Of a DNA stretch of 40,195 nt, positions 9,805 through 15,622 are shown piece by piece (within the stretch, counting starts at the first letter, position 1; each line of letters begins with the position of its first letter). Made by a program: the position numbers and the translations under genes. This stretch comes from a virus, in IMG/VR virus record IMGVR_UViG_3300021061_000016. One strand, 5' to 3'. The notes under the pieces are model-generated. The model was not told the DNA's origin and did no database searches. It saw only the letters and a list, made by a program, of their open reading frames with translations.

Positions 9805-9886
9805 GTTGTCCTCCTTTTATGTTGGGCATGAACAGAAATAGCGTACCACACAAAATTAAGCTTAGGGAAAAAGGAGTAAATTAAAG

Positions 9887-10255
9887 ATGTCAGGCCCGGA
9901 TGGGGTAGACAGAAGGCGCTCGGACGACGAGTTCAAAATAAATCTATTAAGGAAGCTTGATGCCATTGAGTATGAAGGAAAGGCCATGAAGACCGAGCTT
10001 TTGAATCTTTCAAAAAGCGTCGAACACTCGAACGCCAATACAAAAGCCTTCAAGGTCTTGATCGACGAGGACATTCAGAACCTTCGTGTAGCGATCCAAG
10101 GCGACGAGGGGAAGGGAATCGTTGGTCTTGCCTCGCGCTTTTCAACGCTCATCCATGAGCTTTCCGAGCATATCATTCAGGATCGATGGGCTTATGGGAT
10201 CATGATCACGCTTCTTATAACCACACTCGGATGGACGGTGTTTCATGCCAAATAA
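9887..10255 (+). CDS. Coiled-coil protein with a C-terminal transmembrane anchor
   Basis: 122 aa; SD aaaaaggag upstream of the ATG. C-terminal hydrophobic helix WAYGIMITLLITTLGWTVF. Confidence 0.55.
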   Translation: MSGPDGVDRRRSDDEFKINLLRKLDAIEYEGKAMKTELLNLSKSVEHSNANTKAFKVLIDEDIQNLRVAIQGDEGKGIVGLASRFSTLIHELSEHIIQDRWAYGIMITLLITTLGWTVFHAK

Positions 10256-10496
10256 AGCAGGAGGACGCATAGATGCAAAGCGGGTCCAAAAAAGGCCGCA
10301 AAGGCCGGAAGGGGTACTAATGCCTACGAATAGAACAACCTGGATGGTCATATTGGCGGCGATTTCCGCAGCCGCTATTTATGCTCAGACGGTCGTAACA
10401 AACGGATTTGATTTTGGTGAGTTCATCAAATTCGTTAATTCCGAGGCCGTGATCGCAGCTCTCGGATTCTTAAGGGCAGCCGTCGCAAAAAAGTAA
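10245..10496 (+). CDS. Small membrane protein, possibly holin-like (alternative start at 10320)
   Basis: 83 aa with two hydrophobic segments (WMVILAAISAAAIYAQTVV and AVIAALGFLRAAVA). An in-frame ATG at 10320 would give 58 aa. No family was recognised. Confidence 0.4.
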   Translation: MPNKAGGRIDAKRVQKRPQRPEGVLMPTNRTTWMVILAAISAAAIYAQTVVTNGFDFGEFIKFVNSEAVIAALGFLRAAVAKK

Positions 10497-10509
10497 CGCC
10501 GCGGACTCT

Positions 10510-10550
10510 CCACCAGTTAGATGCGCTACTTCTCGCGCTAAAACTGGTGG
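10510..10550 (+). terminator. Stem-loop after the small membrane-protein gene (no U tract)
   Basis: CCACCAGTT (10510-10518) pairs with AACTGGTGG (10542-10550), giving a 9-bp stem around a 23-nt loop. No T run follows. Confidence 0.3.
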
Positions 10551-10774
10551 GGAATGTCCGCATTGAAACCGGCCGCCTATACACTCCTGACGGCACCCCT
10601 TACGCCGGCTTCAAGGTGACTATCGGATCGGTGCTAGACCCCTCCTCAGTCAAACGCACCTACACCGATATAGAGGCTATTTTCCAAAAGAATAAGACTC
10701 CCTATAAGATTCACGAAGAATTTAGGGAGGGTAGCAAGTTCAAGTCTTATACGATCGAAACCGGCCCAATATAA
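10547..10774 (+). CDS. Hypothetical protein (start uncertain)
   Basis: 75-aa ORF with ordinary composition. Its GTG start lies inside the 3' arm of the stem-loop and no clear SD is present. Confidence 0.3.
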   Translation: MGNVRIETGRLYTPDGTPYAGFKVTIGSVLDPSSVKRTYTDIEAIFQKNKTPYKIHEEFREGSKFKSYTIETGPI

Positions 10775-10776
10775 CC

Positions 10777-10805
10777 TTGACAGACAATTAAAATTTCTTA
10801 ATAAT
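10777..10805 (+). promoter_or_regulatory. Sigma70-like promoter upstream of the integrase
   Basis: TTGACA (10777-10782), a 16-nt spacer, then TAATAA(T) at 10799-10805. Confidence 0.45.
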
Positions 10806-10950
10806 CACCCCTTCGTAATTTAGCCCATTTATACGCTTTTAAGGCCAGTTCAGCACTTTTGAACCCCTAGCTTTGGCCTCGCCTGGGAATCGCCATCGGA
10901 TTGCCCACAGGCCGCCCCTTTGATGGTAAAAAAGACCCTCAAGGGAAGCC

Positions 10951-11898
10951 ATGCCACCAATCAATAACCGATTTAAAAAGCCAACATTATCCGAAGATCT
11001 TTTAGCGGATTATCTGACATACCTTTCAGACCTTGCTCAGATGACCCCCGATTCCATCCGGCATAACCGGCGCTGGATCGAACGAATTGAGGAGGCCTAT
11101 GGAGGATCTATTCTGGGTGCCCAGACGGCCTCTCAAGTGAATGCTGCCATCCTTGAGGTGGCAAAGACCCGAAAAGTCGCCTATAACGGATCTCCTCAAT
11201 CAGAGGATACTGGCCAATTGAAGTTTAGGCTTGGCCGGGCGGTCGTCGGATATATGCGTTGGGCCTATTCTGAAAACTTTATCCAAAAGAATATCTACCA
11301 AAAAAATCCATTTAGAAGACCTCATAGCCCTGAGGCAAATTGGCATGATGAGGAGAGGACCATGGCTTTATATAAGGATGAGAGTTTTTCTTTATATGAT
11401 CGCGCTCTGATTCGCTTTCTTATAGATACCGGCTGCCGGGTGGGGGAGATGTGCCAAATCAAGCTTGAGGATGTTGATCTTGATAATGGACACGCGAGGA
11501 TCTTTATGCCAAAGGTCAAACGCCTTAAAGATGTCCCGTTATCAGAGCATACCTGTAAAACCTTGAAGGCTCTAATAAAACGTAGGCGGCACACTCCGTT
11601 TTTATTCCACAGTAGGCAAAGTGCCACCATAAGCCCTAACGCAGTGAGGATTCGCCTAAGAAAGTTGGGTCAGAAATTGGGCTATAGGATCAACCCTCAT
11701 TCCTTCCGACACGCGGCCGGAACATTATGGGTAAAACACCATGGCGAGATACAAGCTCAAAAGCTTTTAGGCCATGTGGACCATGCGGCCACCGCAAGAT
11801 ACACGCATTATCTCTTGAAGGACCTCAAAGAAATGCAAAGTGCAATTTACGAGGGAAGGCTGGCGCCCAGAGAGTTAGTATCCGCGTCCAAAAAATAA
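10951..11898 (+). CDS. int: Tyrosine recombinase / phage integrase
   Basis: 315 aa. Catalytic signature DTGCRVGEM ... HSFRHAAGT ... LLGHVDHAATARYTHY, that is R, HxxR, H and Y in the canonical order. Confidence 0.9.
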   Translation: MPPINNRFKKPTLSEDLLADYLTYLSDLAQMTPDSIRHNRRWIERIEEAYGGSILGAQTASQVNAAILEVAKTRKVAYNGSPQSEDTGQLKFRLGRAVVGYMRWAYSENFIQKNIYQKNPFRRPHSPEANWHDEERTMALYKDESFSLYDRALIRFLIDTGCRVGEMCQIKLEDVDLDNGHARIFMPKVKRLKDVPLSEHTCKTLKALIKRRRHTPFLFHSRQSATISPNAVRIRLRKLGQKLGYRINPHSFRHAAGTLWVKHHGEIQAQKLLGHVDHAATARYTHYLLKDLKEMQSAIYEGRLAPRELVSASKK

Positions 11899-11911
11899 TT
11901 TCATTTTGTGC

Positions 11912-11940
11912 TTGATATCGGCTAACCGTTAGCGTATAAT
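11912..11940 (+). promoter_or_regulatory. Strong sigma70-type promoter P1 with a palindromic operator-like element in the spacer
   Basis: TTGATA (11912-11917), a 17-nt spacer, then TATAAT (11935-11940). The spacer contains GCTAAC c GTTAGC (11921-11933). Confidence 0.7.
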
Positions 11941-11967
11941 TTGGGTGTAAGAGAAAAGGAGGTAGAA

Positions 11968-12114
11968 ATGAGAAAGCTAACGGCGAAGGAAAAACTGGAC
12001 CTTCTCTTGAAGGCTCAGGAGAAGTTAAACGATCAATCCGTCATTGACGATCTGACGCTTGGTGGGATCCTTCCACTTGGCGAGGTCTTCGTGACCGAAA
12101 CGGAGGCTGCATGA
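11968..12114 (+). CDS. Small hypothetical protein (48 aa, below the track cutoff)
   Basis: SD aaaggagg lies 6 nt upstream of the ATG. ATGA overlap with the next gene. Sequence MRKLTAKEKLDLLLKAQEKLNDQ... Confidence 0.55.
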   Translation: MRKLTAKEKLDLLLKAQEKLNDQSVIDDLTLGGILPLGEVFVTETEAA

Positions 12115-12335
12115 AGGACGGAATAGTGAACGGCAAGAACGGCCTGGTCTGCGCGTTCTGCGGCGCCACCAAGAACGAGGTTTCGTTCTTCATCGGCGCC
12201 ACCAGGGAGCCTGACTGGTGCATGATCTACGGCACAGGCAAGATGGCGTGCCCCGCGTGTTACCCGAAGGCGGCCATAGAGGGTGTGAAGGCCGTGGACA
12301 AGGCAATCGAGAGATACAACAAGGAGGTCGCGTGA
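12111..12335 (+). CDS. ClpX-type C4 zinc-finger-like small protein
   Basis: 74 aa. CAFCGATKNEVSFFIG ... CPAC resembles the ClpX N-terminal zinc-binding motif CxFCGK..EV..LI.G...C..C. Confidence 0.5.
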   Translation: MKDGIVNGKNGLVCAFCGATKNEVSFFIGATREPDWCMIYGTGKMACPACYPKAAIEGVKAVDKAIERYNKEVA

Positions 12336-12583
12336 CGCTAACTAAGGAAGACGGCTTAAAGGTGGCGATCAAGCAGATTGCTTTCTACGCCGCGAACTGG
12401 TTCACCGAATACGCCAAGAGAGAGACGTTCATCGAGGAAGCCACGACCGCGGTGATCGAATCGTACCTCGCAGCCAAGGATGGCTACGGGGTTAAGAGAG
12501 GCGTCGAGCTTGAACGGATCGCCTACAAAGCCAACGGGAAGACCGAGGCAGAGTTCAGAGCCTACCTCGTCTCCCAAGACTAA
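12332..12583 (+). CDS. Hypothetical protein
   Basis: GTG at 12332 overlaps the upstream TGA (GTGA), with SD aaggagg at 12321-12327. It is in frame with track ORF 12218..12583, whose N-terminal extension overlaps the upstream gene. Confidence 0.55.
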   Translation: MTLTKEDGLKVAIKQIAFYAANWFTEYAKRETFIEEATTAVIESYLAAKDGYGVKRGVELERIAYKANGKTEAEFRAYLVSQD

Positions 12584-12593
12584 GGAGAGTTGC

Positions 12594-12851
12594 ATGACTA
12601 AGCACACGAAGGGGCCGTGGAGATGGGAGAAATCACGTTCGCTCCATCATTTGCAAGGGCCGAGAGGTTCGCTCGGTATTAGCACCGGAAAAGAACTAGA
12701 CGCCAACGCCGCCCTCATCGCCGCCGCGCCGGAGCTTTTGGAGGCGTTGAAAGGATTGATTGACTGCAACCTGATGCGGAATCTCGTCGGCGGCTATCAA
12801 TTTCAGATCGAGCAAGCCGAGAAGGCCATCGCCAAAGCGGAGGGGCGGTAA
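12594..12851 (+). CDS. Hypothetical protein with GPW ... ANAALIAAAPELLEALK motif
   Basis: ATG at 12594 follows SD taaggagag. It is in frame with track ORF 12480..12851. The motif recurs in many small phage proteins of unknown function. Confidence 0.55.
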   Translation: MTKHTKGPWRWEKSRSLHHLQGPRGSLGISTGKELDANAALIAAAPELLEALKGLIDCNLMRNLVGGYQFQIEQAEKAIAKAEGR

Positions 12852-12961
12852 TGGATCAAGCAATGCTGCTCCGTTCGCTATACGAAGACTTCAACGGTGA
12901 TCAAAATGCGTGGTACGAATACTACGGCGCGGAGATTGATTATGCCTTCGGGCTTGCTTGA
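12851..12961 (+). CDS. Possible 36-aa ORF
   Basis: TAATG coupling to the upstream gene. Sequence MDQAMLLRSLYEDFNGDQNAWYEYYGAEIDYAFGLA. Its end overlaps the -35 element of promoter P2. Confidence 0.3.
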   Translation: MDQAMLLRSLYEDFNGDQNAWYEYYGAEIDYAFGLA

Positions 12962-12986
12962 CAATCCGTTAGCCGTTAGCTATAAT
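12958..12986 (+). promoter_or_regulatory. Consensus sigma70 promoter P2 with tandem GTTAGC half-sites
   Basis: TTGACA (12958-12963), a 17-nt spacer, then TATAAT (12981-12986). The spacer holds CCGTTAGC twice (12966-12973 and 12973-12980). Confidence 0.75.
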
Positions 12987-12995
12987 ACCCTCACC

Positions 12996-13136
12996 ATGAA
13001 ACGTGAAATCATTTGTGAGGTATGCAGCAAGAAGAAGTCGGTATCAAGATCCGACGCAAAGTATTGTTCGGCCCGATGCAAAAATATCGGGTGGGCATTG
13101 AAGAAGGCAAGTAAGTTGACAAACAAAAAGAAGTAG
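12996..13136 (+). CDS. Small Zn-ribbon protein (46 aa), apparently on a near-leaderless mRNA
   Basis: MKREIICEVCSKKKSVSRSDAKYCSARCKNIGW has CxxC ... CxxxC. The ATG lies 9 nt after the -10 element and no SD is present. It is in frame with track ORF 12897..13136. Confidence 0.5.
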   Translation: MKREIICEVCSKKKSVSRSDAKYCSARCKNIGWALKKASKLTNKKK

Positions 13137-13158
13137 TATAGGGTGAATGCGCTTACAT

Positions 13159-13386
13159 GACGACACTCAAATCCGCTAAACCAATTTTCAAGTTGAATGC
13201 CCCGGAGGCAAGCGATTCCTTCCTGGGATGCGGATCCCGAGTGTCGTCCTCCGTGGGCGCTTTTACCTCGCCTGGGCCTATCTCTATCGTTTCGTAGTAC
13301 CAGTTGTCGAATCCCTTTGGCCTCGCCATTTGAGGTAAGGTAAGACAAAAGGTAGTTAACGAAAGATAAGAGATAGGCCCAGAGCC
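13159..13386 (+). promoter_or_regulatory. Structured untranslated RNA element with a possible antiterminator pairing
   Basis: GACGACACTC (13159-13168) pairs with GAGTGTCGTC (13239-13248). ATCCGC (13171-13176) pairs with GCGGAT (13230-13235). CTGGGCCTA (13272-13280) can pair with TAGGCCCAG (13374-13382), which overlaps the 5' arm of terminator 1. Confidence 0.4.
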
Positions 13387-13411
13387 GAAAGGTTCTGGGC
13401 TTTTGTTTTTT
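13377..13411 (+). terminator. Intrinsic terminator 1
   Basis: 10-bp stem GCCCAGAGCC / GGTTCTGGGC (one G-U pair) with a GAAA tetraloop, followed by TTTTGTTTTTT. Confidence 0.85.
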
Positions 13412-13447
13412 GGCCCCGGTCGCTTTCGGCGATACGGGGCCTTTTTT
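13412..13447 (+). terminator. Intrinsic terminator 2 (tandem)
   Basis: Outer stem GGCCCCG / CGGGGCC plus inner stem TCGC / GCGA, followed by TTTTTT. Confidence 0.8.
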
Positions 13448-13474
13448 ATTGGGCCCTCTTAAAAGGGGGAAGCG

Positions 13475-14056
13475 ATGGGAAGACAGATGGACCTAAGAAG
13501 CGAAGTCGAGGAACAGCTTGTGGAAGCTACCGCCTCGCTCCTGAAATCGTTGGAAACCAAGGATCTAAGACCCGTGGCAAAGGCCGTCCAAACGCTGAAG
13601 TTCGCCCAGATGGTGAACCAGGGCAAAGCCAGGGATCGCCGGAAGGCCGCGGCGATCTGGGATGGCAAGGAACGCCGGGCGGCTCTATTGATCGAGGCTC
13701 TTTTGGCCGGGGTGCTGCTATTTGTGGCCGTCCCCGTCTCCGCGGCCGAAGGCTTTGCCACCTATTACACGACCGCCTCATGCAAGGCCGAGGGCACAAG
13801 CGGGATTTGGACCGCCTCCAAGGAACGCTTCAATGAAAAGGCGCTGACGTGCGCCCTTCGTAGACATGACTTCGGCAAAGAATACCTCGTCTACTCCCCT
13901 GACACCAATAGATCGATTGTCGTTAAGCACAACGATTTTGGGCCTAGCGAGGTGAGCTATTACCAACACGGGAACATCATCGACCTCACACCTGCCGCCA
14001 TGAAGGCTCTTGGAATCAAAGGCCGGGGGCGGGTATTCGTGCAGGAGGTCAAATGA
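13475..14056 (+). CDS. Membrane-anchored RlpA-like (DPBB) lytic transglycosylase; candidate endolysin
   Basis: 193 aa. Internal TM/signal-anchor AALLIEALLAGVLLFVAVPVSAAEG. It is followed by GFATYYT ... SIVVKHNDFGPS ... IIDLTPAAMKALG ... GRVFVQEV, matching the RlpA/3D double-psi beta-barrel pattern. Confidence 0.6.
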   Translation: MGRQMDLRSEVEEQLVEATASLLKSLETKDLRPVAKAVQTLKFAQMVNQGKARDRRKAAAIWDGKERRAALLIEALLAGVLLFVAVPVSAAEGFATYYTTASCKAEGTSGIWTASKERFNEKALTCALRRHDFGKEYLVYSPDTNRSIVVKHNDFGPSEVSYYQHGNIIDLTPAAMKALGIKGRGRVFVQEVK

Positions 14057-14190
14057 CCCCTCTCGATTACAGGACGCAAGAAGCTGCCGCCAAATACGAA
14101 TATGACCGTGGCCTTATCTCGTTTATCGAAATGAAAAACCGCATTCAAGAGATCCAAGAAAGAGAACAGCTTTCAAGGGAGGCTTGCTAA
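14053..14190 (+). CDS. Small hypothetical protein (45 aa)
   Basis: ATGA overlap with the upstream stop; SD aggagg at 14043-14048. Below the track cutoff. Confidence 0.5.
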   Translation: MTPLDYRTQEAAAKYEYDRGLISFIEMKNRIQEIQEREQLSREAC

Positions 14191-14333
14191 TGACCCTCTC
14201 AAAGAAGCGCGTTCTCAAGCACAAGCCTTGGAAGAAAAATGAGAACTCTCCATGGAGAAAGGGCCTTCTTAAGAATGGCGAAAGGCCGTCAAAGAAAGGG
14301 CTTCCGTTCAATAAGGAGGGTTACAACATATGA
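14190..14333 (+). CDS. Small basic hypothetical protein (47 aa)
   Basis: TAATG coupling upstream and ATGA coupling downstream. Lys/Arg-rich: MTLSKKRVLKHKPWKKNENSPWRKG... Confidence 0.4.
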   Translation: MTLSKKRVLKHKPWKKNENSPWRKGLLKNGERPSKKGLPFNKEGYNI

Positions 14334-14575
14334 AGAATAACCGCGGTGCTATCGAAATTCTAGGCCTTTTGATCTTTACGACGCTGCAGATCTTGGTGCT
14401 CAAAGGCGCCGAGTATTACGACCTGAACCGGCCCAAGAACATGCTGAAGATCCAGACCGGCGACATCCATACCGCCCGGATGAACTTCGCATCCAAGGAC
14501 GAGGTCGAAAAGCTCGAGCGTGAATCAGGCAAGAAGCTGTCCGAAATGGACTTCCTGGATATCAGCGAAAAATGA
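14330..14575 (+). CDS. Small membrane protein
   Basis: 81 aa; SD aaggagg upstream. N-terminal TM AIEILGLLIFTTLQILVL. Confidence 0.55.
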   Translation: MKNNRGAIEILGLLIFTTLQILVLKGAEYYDLNRPKNMLKIQTGDIHTARMNFASKDEVEKLERESGKKLSEMDFLDISEK

Positions 14576-14751
14576 ACATCCCAACCCTGCAAGGAATCGT
14601 GGGCAAAATAGACACCCTGCTTGAAGAACGAGGAATCACGCTTCCGGTTTGTGAGCATGGCCCCCTGAACCGCCGAAAGATGAATGGCGGTGGCGAGGTC
14701 TGCGATTGTGGCGAGGAATTTCTACCAGATGGAGACGGCGACAATGACTAA
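14572..14751 (+). CDS. Small hypothetical protein (59 aa), Cys-containing with an acidic tail
   Basis: ATGA overlap upstream. Sequence MNIPTLQGIVGKIDTLLEERG ... CEHG ... CDCGEEFLPDGDGDND. The stop overlaps the exonuclease start (ATGACTAA). Confidence 0.45.
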   Translation: MNIPTLQGIVGKIDTLLEERGITLPVCEHGPLNRRKMNGGGEVCDCGEEFLPDGDGDND

Positions 14752-15622
14752 AACCATCGACCGGACACAATTCCTAGGATCGTCCGAAATGGGCATCCTC
14801 TTGGGCCTCGATCAGTATAGGTCGCCTCTTAAGCTCTGGGCTATCAAGACCGGGCGCCTGACCAATGAGATCACCTCCGAGGCCGCCGAATGGGGTACCC
14901 GCCTTGAGGGTGTCGTGGCTCAGAAGTTCGCCGAAAAGAATGGCTGCAAGCTCATGGCCTATAAAAAGCGGTTCGTCCACCCGGTATATCCATTCATTTC
15001 CTGCGAGCTTGACCGGATCATCGTTGGAACCGATGAGATCGTCGAGGTCAAGACTTGCCATGACCGGCTTATCAAGAATTGGTCAGGCGAGGATATGCCA
15101 CAGAATTACTGTGTGCAGCTAAATACCGCCCTTGGTCTTTCAGGCCGAAAAAAAGGCCACATCGCCCTCTTGGCCGGCGGCCAGAAATACATCGAAAAGC
15201 ACATGGATTTCGACCAAGAGCTATACGACATGGTTATCGAAAAGGCGGTCGCTTTCTGGAATAACCACGTTCTGGCCGACCTCGCGCCAGTCGCCATCGC
15301 CATGGATAACGACGAGCCGGCCGACACCCTTGACCTTCTTTACCCCGCCTCTAATTCCCAGGCCATCGAGTTTTGCGGGGACGTTGCCAAAGAAATTGAT
15401 GTTTTAGTCGATGACCGTTTAGGGGCCTTGGAATCCATGAGCCACCTAAAGGAAGAACTAAACAAGATCGAGGCCAGGATAAAGCAGCTTATGGGCGAGA
15501 ACGAGGAAGGGACTACCGCCAATAGCCGCATTTCATGGAAGACGGTGAACAGGAAAGAATACACCGTCAAGGCCTCGAGCTATCGACAAATACGGACGAC
15601 TAAAACAGGAGAAGCAAAATGA
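14744..15622 (+). CDS. YqaJ-like viral recombinase exonuclease (PD-(D/E)XK, lambda Exo-like)
   Basis: FLGSSEMGILLGLDQYRSPLKLWAIKTG ... EWGTRLEGVVAQKF ... SCELDRII ... EIVEVKTC. The start is chosen at the internal ATG 14744 of track ORF 14684..15622. It lies next to recT. Confidence 0.8.
   Translation: MTKTIDRTQFLGSSEMGILLGLDQYRSPLKLWAIKTGRLTNEITSEAAEWGTRLEGVVAQKFAEKNGCKLMAYKKRFVHPVYPFISCELDRIIVGTDEIVEVKTCHDRLIKNWSGEDMPQNYCVQLNTALGLSGRKKGHIALLAGGQKYIEKHMDFDQELYDMVIEKAVAFWNNHVLADLAPVAIAMDNDEPADTLDLLYPASNSQAIEFCGDVAKEIDVLVDDRLGALESMSHLKEELNKIEARIKQLMGENEEGTTANSRISWKTVNRKEYTVKASSYRQIRTTKTGEAK

Noticed and set aside
10273-10320. 15-aa basic micro-ORF (MQSGSKKGRKGRKGY) with an ideally spaced AGGAGG, followed by TAATG coupling to the ATG at 10320
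   Set aside because: It may be a real upstream coupling ORF, which would imply that the membrane protein starts at 10320. The SD could equally be a by-product of the Gly-Gly codons in the longer 10245 frame. The question is unresolved.
13158-13298. 46-aa plus-strand ORF (MTTLKSAKPIFKLNAPEASDSFLGCGS...) in the structured region, considered as a possible peptide precursor
   Set aside because: It has no SD in a genome where SDs are strong. It coincides with the long-range RNA helices. It has no adjacent modifying enzyme.
13290-13328. Possible tRNA gene (TCGAATCC ... CCA)
   Set aside because: Only the 3' third is tRNA-like. The sequence upstream cannot form the T-stem 5' strand, an anticodon arm or a D arm. 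It is treated as an att-like fragment instead.
12980-13348. 122-aa minus-strand ORF spanning the untranslated region and the Zn-ribbon gene
   Set aside because: It runs antisense through promoter P2 and the Zn-ribbon ORF, has an odd composition and has no SD. RNA structure and terminators explain the region better.
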